The position numbers were made by a program, and so were the translations under genes. The notes under the pieces were generated by a model. That model did no database searches and was not told the origin of the DNA. It was given only the letters and a program-made list of their open reading frames with translations. A stretch of DNA of 58,604 nt, filler included, from Squatina squatina (lineage: Eukaryota): NCBI GenBank assembly GCA_031763465.1. It is 3 parts of 3 records of this genome, joined end to end, with 100 filler letters (N's around TTAATTAATTAA, not from the genome) between each part and the next. Parts side by side here need not be neighbours in the genome. Positions count along the whole stretch, not along the records: positions 12,799 to 44,742 come from JARFOE010000219.1; 2 more parts are not named here. The stretch is one strand, 5' to 3'. This document shows, one piece after another, positions 12,699 through 25,475 of this stretch (position 1 is the first letter of the stretch; the number at the start of each line of letters is the position of its first letter).

Positions 12699-12798
12699 NN
12701 NNNNNNNNNNNNNNNNNNNNNNNNNNNNNNNNNNNNNNNNNNTTAATTAATTAANNNNNNNNNNNNNNNNNNNNNNNNNNNNNNNNNNNNNNNNNNNN
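12699..12798. other. Artificial scaffold linker N44-TTAATTAATTAA-N44
   Basis: 12-mer with stops in all six frames centred in a 100-nt N block; identical to 44743-44842. Confidence 0.95.
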
Positions 12799-12819
12799 CA
12801 GGCGACTGGAAGTTCGGGA

Positions 12820-12897
12820 TCACGAAAAGTTGACTGTTTTTCTCTCCACAGATGCTGCCTGACCTGCTGAGTTTTTCCAGCATTTTTTGTTTGTATT
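12820..12897 (+). mobile_element. Penelope-like element terminal fragment
   Basis: gaaaagttgactg..tctctccacagatgctgcctgacctgctgagtttttccagcatttt, shared with 24727-24850 and 49635-49800. Confidence 0.65.
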
Positions 12898-15800
12898 AAC
12901 GTTTAATAGTTTTTCACCGTTTAAAAAATATTCTGCTTTTCTATTTCAAATCAGGCACCAGTGTGACAGAAAGTAATGAACAGGAAAGCAGAACTAATTC
13001 ACTGCCTCCCATTGGGGTCTAATTGGCTCAGGCAATGATGTTGTCACTCAACAAGAGACTGCCTTCAAAATTGTCTTCCATTCTGTGCTGTAGACCCCCG
13101 AATAATGTCTTGCCTGACCACACAAAGAACTATCTGGGTGTTATCATTGGTTACCGAGAAAGGAGCGGAATCGGAAACATCGTGGGGCTCTCAAATGTAT
13201 CCAGGAGCTGCACCGGCGAAGAGTGCTGTGACTTGCCCTGAGTGGGCTGTGCTTTAAAGAGAATGAAAAAAAATCACAACACGGTTCACTGAAACGTAAA
13301 GTGCATGAGTAAGACTTCTTACCGCAGCTCCAGCTTGTGGGCTTAATAGGTTTTGACATTGCAAGCTCTATAAACAGCCACTTTACTGTCAAAGGGGAAA
13401 GAAATATTAGCAGTTGGCCCAACTGACATTTGATGCATATAAAACACTGGCACGCAATAGGCACAGCAAACACGGAGATACTAAGCTCGACAAATCGCTA
13501 CTTGTGCAGCGGGAAGATCTGTGACCAGGGACGAGCGGGGCACTGTTAACCGTTAAGAGTTAATACATTGGACCAAAGTAAGATAAAATGCTACACTCTG
13601 ATGGAGAAGCACAGCGGATACATTTGTTGTCGTACTTGAGACATTAACGTGGCAAAAGATTATCTCGAAATTGCATGAAATTATTCAGTGTAATACTAGG
13701 TATGAATGCTTTACAGGTTAGCCTGAACTAAGATAGCTTCTATCTTAGCGAGCTTTTAACCCCTTTATTACATAGATCAACACTTGCACTAAAACAGTGA
13801 AATTTTAGTGCAAATGCTATGCTTTTTCATATTGGTATCCCACAGAATCTCAAACAGCTATCCATTTTCTAGCCTAATCTGCTCAGCATTCAAAAAGGCA
13901 ATTAAACTTCCAAAAAATTATGTTTTTGGTACTTTTAGTCTTAAAAAGACAATTGGCTATAGAAAGCTATGTACATCTAACATCTATCGTAAACCCAATG
14001 ATGAAATTAAGAAAAAAAGCATCTGCGCACATCTTACTTTAAACTCAGCATCTTTGCAGAAAAGGCATGGATCGTGATCGATCAACCTAAACTGCTTAGC
14101 ACAGTCAAGAAACCAAACCAGAAGCAGAAATTTCTTCAGTGTAAATTGTGCCAAAACTTCCTGGTGCTCTAGAAAATCAAAACACAATAGTTATAACATT
14201 ATTTAAACTTAGTCTCCAGCTGAGTTTTAATGCAAGCAATCACTCAAGAAATACAATATCTACATGCACTACTGCAAATTGAGCTCTATATCCAAATGCA
14301 AGACGGACACATTTATTTAAGATTCAAAAGACAATATNNNNNNNNNNNNNNNNNNNNNNNNNNNNNNNNNNNNNNNNNNNNNNNNNNNNNNNNNNNNNNN
14401 NNNNNNNNNNNNNNNNNNNNNNNNNNNNNNNNNNNNNCCTTCAGTTTACTTTCCTCACTCAAAGCTCTCAGCGAAACATGACCTTCATTTGAGGAGACTG
14501 TGAGGACACTTTAAACGTCTGCACAGCTCTGAGGTCAGTGCTGATAGGAGGTGGACCGGCCCATTCTGCATCACAACTTTTCTTCACCTGCTCAGGGCAA
14601 AACGCTGCACTTTCACAAGGCTTTTGTAGCTCATCACATGGTTACGGATCGGTGACATTTGTCATGTGTGATTGTAAGATTTCACCATTGACTAGTCTTG
14701 GAAATTTAATCTACCACCACAGAGATGTAAAGTGGCATCTTCAGTGCCACACCTTCAGACTGCCCTTCTGTCCTTTTAAGTTTTTGTTTATAATTTTTAT
14801 ATGATTGTGCATCTTTGATGTTGCTGTGATTGACAGATAGCTGAGAGCACTCTGAAAGCGTATTCTTTGTGGAGATTATCCTGTCAGCTGCGAGTCTGTT
14901 ATGGGGTCAATGAGATATATCCTATTGCGGGCTGTTTTGTTGGTATTTAGGTTGTTGTTAATTTTCTCAATATGTACTGTACATAAATTACTGTGTACTG
15001 ACTTTAAACTCTGGATCCTTCAACAAACCCTTATTCATCCTGTCACTAACATCATGGAGCTTACCAGAAAAACACAATACAAGATCCCAGTGATTCAAAC
15101 CCCCGCTCTGTTTTACTAAGCTAAGTTCAAAAGTTCAGTTGATTTAGAAATGCAAACAGATGATAAAAGTATAATTGCTTCTTCAATTTGTTTTTCTTTA
15201 GTATCTTACAATATGGTCAAATACCTTTACTTTTTAACTAACAAACATATATACTAGAGCACTTCTTCATTAGAGGTATAAAATGCTTCTTTTATCCTTT
15301 TAGACATTCCTCGTCTTTTTCAAATCTCCTTTATACGATGGCTTTTCCTGTGCTATATTTTGAGTTTTATTCTGATCTTGTTTCCATGTCTGTATGTGAT
15401 ATTCTCTGTTCTTTGATTACTAAATATCCTTCCTGATTTGTCAGACACATTTTATTTTCCTCCATAACCATAGTGTATGGACACTGTACTCCCAAAAATG
15501 ATTCTCTGTGGAACGGATCAGACATTTTGATGTGATACAATGTTATACAAATACAAGCATTTCTTTCATTAAAAATATTCTGTGAATCTCTAATGCTGCA
15601 TATTCTTGACTTAGAGATATTAGTGGAACCATCACAGCTCCTGACATCTTGGACGAAATACCTTTTCAAATGCATTTTTAATATGCCTACTGATTTAGCC
15701 CCCTCATCGACAAGAACTAGAAGGGCTGCCCAATGCATGCTGTGGAGTGCCTCATGACTGCTCTATAACTCCTAATAGGAGGGCTGCTCGCAAAACAGCT

Positions 15801-18800
15801 AACTCAGAAGCTCATATTTTTTTCTCTTTTTCTCATAACAAGTAAAGGTGAGCAAACTGACATGGTTCAAATGAAAATTTCAGCAAGCACCAGACCATCA
15901 GGCTACCTGTGACTTGGAAATGTTTAGCAAATGGAATTTTAAACACCTCTGCCTGAGGTCCACTTGATTTGAGCAGATACGAGATAATAGGGGAGAACAC
16001 ATTCAAAATCTTAGCCTAAAAATTCAGCAGCCCCCCATCCACCTCTCCCCCCACCATTGAGGATGCAGAAATGCAGCACAGATTGATTTCCCCAAAGGGA
16101 CTGTTGTACAAAAGAATGGCTGGTTGAACATGGATTGCTCACCTGAAGCATTCTTGTCACCTGGAATTTCCCCAATAGTCTAAAAGCAATTCTGGACTGG
16201 GGGAATATATAGGAGTGGCTTTTAGGGCTTGGGAGGAATTGGGAATGGGAAATAAAATGTGGGGGCACTCGGAGGGGGTGGGCTGAGAAAAGTGAACCCC
16301 TGCTGGTAGGGGCTGAGGCCACTCAGATGAAGACCAGTGATTTCTTTTTGAGAACATAGAGGCACTCGGGCAGGCAGCAAGCACCCGGCGTTTGGGCAGT
16401 GACCTTTCAGTGTTTCGGCAGGGGGTAATNNNNNNNNNNNNNNNNNNNNNNNNNNNNNNNNNNNNNNNNNNNNNNNNNNNNNNNNNNNNNNNNNNNNNNN
16501 NNNNNNNNNNNNNNNNNNNNNNNNNNNNNATGCCGTATCTATCTATGCCATTGTGGTTTTGGACTCAAATCTAAAACAATGTATTTTTTTACCAGCTTCA
16601 ACTAGGGTTGCCAACTCTGGTTGGAGCAATTTTTGGAGGTTTGATCATGTGACATTTCGACCATGTGACATTCTTATCAGGTGACATCTAATCACATGAC
16701 ATTGGACCGAATGGCATCTCATCATGTGAAGTCTGCAAAGGTTATTGCATTTACCTTTCAAAGATTGGGCTTCCGGTAGTTGATTATCTTTGTCTATAAT
16801 TTCGAGCCAGGTGTAGAGCAAGAAGCTCCAAGAACTAGGAGGCCACCTAATAGCAGGGCAAACCAAGGGCGGGGAAAAGATGAAACCATTCTCTCCATCT
16901 CTTCCCACGAGCCCCCAATCTCCAACTCTGCCCCCCAGCCCCCATTCCCACAAGACTCATCCAGAGTCCCCTTTCTCACACTTCCCTGAGTGCCACTGGA
17001 TTTCCCAAGGACAGCAGTCACATTCCACCTGCTCCAGCAGAAAGTAGATTGGTGACAAGACCAGGCAGTTAAAATAACCAGGGCCTGATTTCTACATCAG
17101 TTTACAACTCATCTTGCCACCATCTGGCTAAAAAACCCAAAATGGGGCCCATCATTTTAAGAGCTAGTCCTGACTAAAGTGTAGCTGCGCTTCCTCTCTG
17201 GGTGAGTTGAATAAGATTATTTGGGTAAACCAGAACAAGGTGGAATCCCTTTGAGGTACTGCACAAAATCATACTGCCTGGAGGTCAATGAAGGAATAGA
17301 GCGATGAATATGCATGGAAATGCCTCAGTGCTGGAGGGTCTTGTCCCATCCTCCCTGACTGAGGCAACTTGGTCAGGAGGAGAAAATAGAGGGGGAATGA
17401 TTATAAGACTGGGATGTGTTTTTTTGTCTCAGAGAAAATTCTGATAATGCAGAACAATTTCTGTATTCCTAACCTGTAATAGTGATCAGCATTAGAATGT
17501 ATAAGAACCTCAGATCATTTAAAATGGTTCCCCTATGTTCTGTGAATAGTTGATGCTCAAAAGGTTATTATTTTGTATAATCAGTGCCATCTGGGCTTTA
17601 TTTTGGGAGGGGCACATTTCCCCAGTTACTGGCACACCTCTCATTTCTCAATTTGTAAAGCAAAAAAATACACCCCAACATTACACAATCGAGAAAGTGA
17701 TTAAGAAAATAACATTTGTTTAGCAGCCCACGTATTGCATATGGAAAATCTGTAATACTTCTTTCAATTATATTTTTTCTCAAACTTGGAATCTTAAAGA
17801 AGATTATAAATGGCATAAAACCCATTCAATTTGTAATTAAAGAATCAAAGTCTTGCCACATCTTTTTTGTTACTGTAGACCTTAGGGAGTTAACAATACA
17901 GCCGTGTAGTATGATACATTTCTTTCATATCTACCCAGGGTCACTAATGATAGCGTATATAAGGCTGACGAATAAATGAGGTTCAACATTAAGTGTGGCA
18001 GTGCACCTAGCTGCAGCCAATGATCACAAAGCACACTACTAAAATGCTAGGAAGCAACAGTCACCATAGCAACTGTCTCTTATTTAGGCAATTCAAGCAT
18101 CACTACAGTGTCTGATGCAAGATATTCAGGATTATCAGAAATTTTGGAGAACAGGAGATACATATCTGAGAATAATGACTTTGGTGTATTATTGAAAATC
18201 ACACACTCCAGTCATCCATCCAAAAACACAAAATTGGATTGCAGGAAAGCAGGTGCTTGAGAATGATGCATGCACACTTACACATGTGTAATGCTAATGA
18301 AGGACTTCTTAAGCTGTTGTGGAAGCCTGTATCTCTAGGGATGCTGCTGCCGTATACAGACTGTAAAACTAAATATATTCACACTGCAAATATTTTGCAA
18401 TCAGTAAATCTCACTAATGTGTGTGCTTATAATGTCTGCAATTTTACTCCACTCTACAGTTCATATTGATGAGTATAATGATATGCAGGGACTCTAAATT
18501 ATTCACAATCTATTTTCCTTGCAAAATTTGAAATTTTTCAGTTCACAATACTTATTAGCAGCAGTTATTAGATATTTTGTTCTATAAGTTCAGTATAAAC
18601 ACGTTAATTCAACTTATGTAGNNNNNNNNNNNNNNNNNNNNNNNNNNNNNNNNNNNNNNNNNNNNNNNNNNNNNNNNNNNNNNNNNNNNNNNNNNNNNNN
18701 NNNNNNNNNNNNNNNNNNNNNAGATCATTGTAATTATCACCAGCGATCCACTCTTCAATATGTAAATTAGTCTTCAAATATTAATTTTTGTTTTATTTGT

Positions 18801-19714
18801 CACAGCACACATTGTGTGACAGTAAAGAACCGAGAACGTCAGCAGCAGCGCTGTGAATAAATGTGAGTTCAGATTCAGAGGACAGCAACCAATAGCAACG
18901 TTCGCCTATGCTACCTGCATGTTATTACCAGGCATGATCAGCTTGCGACATCTTTTGCTCAGGATAACAAGCATGTGAACTCTTTGTTTGACAAATTATA
19001 TGTGGGTGTATGGCTCTTCTGACAGGTCGGGAAGTAACCCTTTGTGTACCCATTGTGTTCCAGGGCCTTGATAACCCCCACACAAGCTATTTCTATGTGT
19101 TTACTCAAGACGTTCTGCAGCTAATAATACCAACACTCTTATGTTTGTCAAGATATTTTGATGTGTGCAGAGCTCGCAAATATAACACGTTAATAATCGC
19201 CAGCTCATTTACAGTTTGTTTAGCTTGTGCAGTAGGCTAGATGAGAACATTTAATGAGCACAGCTTCTTGTGGTAATTAGCAGAACAGTGGTGTCTCACA
19301 GATGATTTACAGCATGTAAAATTAATGCACGTTGTTCAGAATTGGAAAGATTTAAAACAAAATTTAGAAATAAAATCATCAGCAAACTTTTGGAAAAACA
19401 TGTCTGAAAATTATTAGCCATCAGGTTCCTTTCAATGAGACAGATTAGGGAGAAATGATGATTCCCAGCGGGGTGTGTTCCTCTTAGGGGTTTACTCAAC
19501 CATAGCAAGAGGGGCAGCCAGTTTGCAGCATAAGGCAATTATTGACTGGGGATAGAGAGTAATTTCAAAGATTACTGGAAGGTGCATCAATGCAGAAGGT
19601 GGGGCACCAATCTCTCATCACAGAGTCAGGTAATATGCCCATGATTTCAGCCCACAGCAAGTTCCCAATATCAACTGAGAGTAATGAGTGGGAAAAGATG
19701 GGACTGCTAAGTGG

Positions 19715-19908
19715 GATAGGGAGTGGTGAGTGGGAATGGTGAGTGGGAGTGGTGAGTGGGGAGTGGGAGTTGGAATGGGCGCAGTGAGTGGTGAGTGGGA
19801 GTGGGAGAGGTGAGTGGGAGTGGGAGAGGTGAGTGGGGAGTGGGAGTTGGAATGGGCGCAGTGAGGCAGTGGGAGTGGGAGAGGTGAGTGGGAGTGGGAG
19901 AGGTGAGT
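19715..19908. repeat. G-rich simple repeat (GGGAGT/GGTGAGT)n running into a gap
   Basis: Directly visible. Confidence 0.9.
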
Positions 19909-22536
19909 NNNNNNNNNNNNNNNNNNNNNNNNNNNNNNNNNNNNNNNNNNNNNNNNNNNNNNNNNNNNNNNNNNNNNNNNNNNNNNNNNNNNNNNNNNNN
20001 NNNNNNNNGCATATGCAGGTCTGGGGGTAACTTTCACAGCGTGGGCCATGTGTGCAGTTAATCTGTTGATGCCTTTTATTGGTGAATAGGCACGTTTAGC
20101 AAATAGACATGATTAGGAACTGACGTCTCCCCCCTCTCACCAGCTGTGCACACCAATGCATTTATTCAACTTCTGGGCAGTTTGCATACAAGATAAACTT
20201 ATACTGAAATCATCTTCTATGTAAAATTTTCCAAATGTTTAGAAGTTAGTCATTAAAAATAGATCATCTGAGATTTTCATAGTTTCTTTCCTGCACCTGA
20301 GTACAATGATTTGAGTTTGCTTTATATATTTGTGACCAGCTAGCCAGAATTAGTTATTTCCTTACAGATCTTGACTAACTTTTCTAAACATCAGTCAAGT
20401 GATGGATCTAAGCTAATTATATCCAAAAGATTTCTCTGTTGTTTTAAAGCTGTTGTGGAATGCAAAACATTTTATGAAGTCCTGTATTAAGCATATATTT
20501 ATGCCCTAACCTTGTTTTCCAGTGACTAAAATATCCAATGACAAATAACGAGACAGTAATAGGGCTACTGTTATTAAGAAGGGTGTAATTATTCTGACTG
20601 TGTATGCCCAGCTACAATTCAAGGCCCTCTCTCTTTCTCTGCTAAACATATACATGCAAACATGAAACATAATGAACAGTAGGTGGCACTAGTTGGAATT
20701 ACGCCCAATGCTTTGTAACTTGGATCGTGACAATATCTCTTGCTTCGCAATTAGTGGATTGTGCTGTTTTCTTTGGCTTCATATTANNNNNNNNNNNNNN
20801 NNNNNNNNNNNNNNNNNNNNNNNNNNNNNNNNNNNNNNNNNNNNNNNNNNNNNNNNNNNNNNNNNNNNNNNNNNNNNNNNNNNNNNTATAGCAATATATA
20901 GCGGCAAAATTAAAGGATAAAGTTAAGTATGGTAATTGATACAAAGAAATATATTGCAGGCATCTTCAGTATTGTGAAACAATATTTGAAGATATACAGG
21001 AACTATGGACCTGCATAAGTTATGCAAATATGTCTAGATAATTCCCTTTTGTGTCAGCTCCAGCTAAAATGATGTAGGCTTTTTGTGACTATTGTTCTGC
21101 ATGTCAAATCTGTAACAAGCTCAGTGAGGGAATTGCCGTAACCTTTATGTAGAGTTGTTGATTATATGTTTGAAGAAATGTTCAGTGAAATGTTACAATT
21201 TCCATTGTTATGCATTCAGCTTCCAGCGATTTCAAACAGGATTAGTGCACAATGCTGGGCACCCTTATATCTTGACCGCAGACTGGAAATTTTGAAGTTA
21301 ATACTGTTTTTAAAATATCTCCAGAACTCACTCTGATTAAAAGCTATTTTCTCCTTTTTTTAAACCAAAAACTGAGATATTTAACTTTTAAAAATTTCAT
21401 TCCGAGCTGGTGGTCACGGTTGCATGCAATTCCGCCTGTTCTTTTAAACCAGCTGCTATGAATGGTAGATTTAGAGTTCAACCTGCTTCAGGATGTGTAA
21501 GCAATGGATTATATTTTGGAGAGAAAATAGTAACAGGATCTGGATGTCAACAAACCTTAATGGTATTTATAAATGTCTGTCTACATAGCGGAATCCGTTC
21601 AAGCAAAAGAGCAAAGTGAATTAATTTCAGTCTTGGTCCCAACAGACGTCCACACTGCAAAAAACCCTCATCTTTATGAATATTATCTTTTTTCTTTCCC
21701 TGGACTTGCATAACTACTGGGGAGGGTAAAGAGGGTTTCAAGTGTGCAACGTTGATAGAACCCTGGAAATGTTCTCCTTCCTCCTTGGTGGCTACGACTT
21801 GGCTGTGCCAGGCCAAACAACTCATTGACCTGTGGGGCTTAGGGATGGGAGGAAGGAAGCCAAAATACAAGCTTCAGACAAAGCTAGGATACAAACCCAG
21901 GTCTCCCAGGCCATTGATTCAGCAACTGACTCTTTATGATCAGCTTTATTTGAGGTTATAATTCTATATACCAGAATGTCATAAAAGTTTGTTAATTTGA
22001 AGTAAGGTTTTAATTTATAAATTAAATCGAACGTAGATGCAAACAGTTCCTTAGTNNNNNNNNNNNNNNNNNNNNNNNNNNNNNNNNNNNNNNNNNNNNN
22101 NNNNNNNNNNNNNNNNNNNNNNNNNNNNNNNNNNNNNNNNNNNNNNNNNNNNNNNATCTGATACAATCCTCTCCCTAGGGGGCCGGTTCAATTGATTGAC
22201 CACTTACTCGCTTTCTGCAAATTAGTTTTGAATGTAACCCCCTTTGGGTTCTACTGTTCTGAACAAGGTGAAACAGCTTGTCATGGCCTACATTATCTAT
22301 TTTCTTCAGAATCTTTCAAAAACAATTCATTGGTTGTGATAAGGTGCTATATACATACAAGTCTTTGCTTTCTTCGTCATCTTTATTCCTTCCTTAATCA
22401 GTCCCCCTTATGAATATGCATTATATGTGTACTTGTTAGTATCTGAATCTGAATTTATATTTTATAAAAGATTAGATTTGTTAAACTTTAGACACAAATT
22501 TTCTTGAATTATGTATTGAGATGCAATACACACCAT

Positions 22537-23080
22537 GGGGGAGAAATTGGGCTTTGTAGCGCCCATTTTGTTAGGTACTAATCGGCCTCCTAAATGTCAA
22601 AAATCAGGTCCTAGATGCATGCTCACACGCCCAACAGGAAGTGCACCAGACGGCATCTTGGTACAGTAGTTTGCATGTGTGCATTTGGCGACTGCCGACA
22701 GCATGCACAGCAGGCAGATTATGATGTTAATTACTATGCAACTCTGTTTAATGTCAGCGCTCTCATTTTTGAATGCCATCCTCTTAACCTTGCTCTGCTG
22801 AACATGATGTTAAATGGTATGAAGGACCCCTCACCAGTACTACTTAAACGGATCATGGACTACTTACAGGTTAGTTGCTGGATTATTTCTTCTGGATGCG
22901 TGTGCAATTCTACGTATTTTGTTTCGATTTGTTTGGAGTTTCCATGATCTACAGGGAGTGATCTGGCTGGTGCTGAGGTACTTTCTTGGTGGTTTGAAGG
23001 CTTGTGTTGAAACACATACCGTGATGCCTGCACCCGTTTACAGGTCTTATCCAAGTTCTCCCCGTTGTCTTTTCAAACAA
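22537..23080. mobile_element. Probable Harbinger-type DNA transposon remnant
   Basis: Begins ggggagaaattgg (resembles the ggg.c.gaaatt TIR family), followed by a GC-richer interior; no intact ORF. Confidence 0.35.
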
Positions 23081-24726
23081 TAATATGAGAACACAGCGCT
23101 ATCTGGGTTTGCGAAGTATCTGTGAATCAGAAGACACTTTAAAGGAGTGGGGTCTTCGTGAAAAAGTGCTACATGAAATCTTTTCATCAGTTATTTGCAA
23201 GCACATAAACTGGGTCAAAATGCATCTTTGAGTTAGTTGCAAATACTGTCATCCTGAAATTGCTTCCTGTTCTTCTGTGAAACTGAGCAGATTCTTTTTC
23301 ATGAAGACTGTTGCCTTAAACAAGTTCTTTTGTTTGGCTAGAAATGGTGGAAATATTAACAAATCAGAACTAAAATCATTGGACTGAACCTCCTCATTCT
23401 AGTACAATGCATGTTTCTTCCCAATTTAAATCTCTTTCCATGTACTGCAGAGAAAGCTCATTAAAATATTTTTGCCTTTTCTAGTTTGTATGGGAATGTT
23501 TTTATAATCAGATAATAAAATCAAGTTGACAAGAAAATGGAAAATGTAAACATTATTTAAGTGGATCACTACAGACTACATTTAGCTTCCCAGGTGGTCC
23601 AATAAAATTATTGGTTGATTTCCAGTGTTACAGCATTGTTATTTTCAGTTTTAACTCTCTAGTATTTCTCTATTAGATTACATTTTACATAGGCAACTTC
23701 CAAAGTTCTCTCCGTACCTTATCACATACATTAATTCCAATTGCAATTACGTTTTTAGCGATGTTTACATGTAGTTTGGGGGTGGAGGAAGACGGTGTAT
23801 GTAATGATCAAACTGAGATAACTGAGGTTTTTGGCATTTAGTCTTATCTGACTGGGATAATGACTTCCAAGTGGAGACTATAATGCTGCTATTATCTTGA
23901 TAGTGATTTGAAATTCTTGGCGGCATTGTGATTTCAAATTAATGACCATCCAGCACTGACTGACTTGAAATGCTTTATTTACTGCAGGCAAAGCGTCCAA
24001 TCCGTTCTACTTCCTTATTCCACTCCCCACCATCCCACCGCCCCTTTTGTCTCCCTCCTCCTCCCAACTCTACATCAGGACATTGTAAAATTTCAGTGCA
24101 CAGGCTGTGCTTACTTAAGGGTAAATATAAGTTCAGTATTGTTNNNNNNNNNNNNNNNNNNNNNNNNNNNNNNNNNNNNNNNNNNNNNNNNNNNNNNNNN
24201 NNNNNNNNNNNNNNNNNNNNNNNNNNNNNNNNNNNNNNNNNNNATTTTTAAGACCTCTATTTGAAAGATTGTGATTTTACTGTAACTTTATAATGGGAGC
24301 CCCTTTACAGGGGGTGATCTGAAGAATTCAGAATATGTTGATGTCCCAAAGAATCGCCAGAATTTCATCTTTAGTTCCATTCAGTTCTACAGGTAAGGGT
24401 GTAGGCACAGAGCACTTTGAGAATTGATGGATGAATATCATGACATCACACAAAAGTATTGAACACCTCAAAAATGAGAAACAAATCTCAGTACAGGACA
24501 TAGATGATGTGACAACTTCTGATTATGCTTTTCTTGTGGTGAATTGTGCTGACGAATGGGTCTGTCCGAACCTCGGAAGAGCACCCCGCCTTACTGCACA
24601 AGGAAGAATCTTTCCATTTGCACACCAGCCTTTGGGTGAGAATACTAATTCCTGGGTGTTTTGTGCTGCTCGAGTTTGCCCATTGGAAACCGGGTTAATC
24701 GCACCCAATATATCTAAGTACTGTGA

Positions 24727-24850
24727 ATGTTGGAAATACTCTGCAGGTCAGGCAGCATCATCACATGAAAGGTCATTGAGCTGAAACGTTAGTTCTTTCT
24801 CTCCACAGATGCTGCCTGACCTGAGTATTTCCAGCATTTTCTGCTTTTAA
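24727..24850. mobile_element. Inverted pair of Penelope-like termini (fold-back)
   Basis: tggaaatactctgcaggtcaggcagcatc ... gatgctgcctgacctgagtatttcca, with gaaacgtt between the arms. Confidence 0.7.
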
Positions 24851-25077
24851 TACCACTCATTTCACTCTTTTTTTTAAATAATGAAGAAAAATTGAACGAC
24901 CTTTATGATCAGAGAGTGAAACAGATTACAGACCAACTTAAACAAATGAAGCTGTGTTTCTTCAAGATCGTGAATCAAAATAGGATACATCAAAATGACT
25001 TATCTTGATTTCTGAACAGGGCGAGTTGACAGGTGCTCCTGCAGCCAGCAGCAGTCTGATATGACTTTCATTCTATG

Positions 25078-25475
25078 TGTCAGCTTGGCTCAGGAGTTGC
25101 ACTGTCCCCTCAGAGTTGAAAGGATGTGGATTCAGGCCCTAAGCGCAGGATTTGAGCACTTCAGTGGCGGTCTGGATTGTTGGAAGAGACATTAAACTCC
25201 GTGTGCTCTCTTGCATGGATGTGAAATATCCAAATAGCACTACTTGCACAGCGAGGAAGTGCACTAGCAGACATTCATTCCTCAATCAACACCGTCAAAA
25301 GAACAGGCTGACTGGCCATTTATCTCAATGCCGTTTGTGGAACCTTGCTGTGTGCAAATTGGCTGCTGTGTTGCCTACATGATTATACTTCAAAAAATAA
25401 TGAATTGGCGGTGAAGCACTTTTGGGTGCCCTGGGGGCCTAAAAAGTACTAAATAAATGCAAATCTTTTTTTCTT
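25078..25475 (+). mobile_element. Near full-length diverged DeuSINE (SacSINE1-like)
   Basis: tRNA-like head tggctcagg..ggattcagg, core ggatgtgaaatatcc, tail gtggaaccttgctgtgtgcaaattggctgc..ataaatgcaaatctttt. Confidence 0.75.

Noticed and set aside
12743-12754. TTAATTAATTAA as a homeodomain site or PacI site
   Set aside because: Centred in a symmetric N block and repeated identically at 44787, so it is an artificial linker
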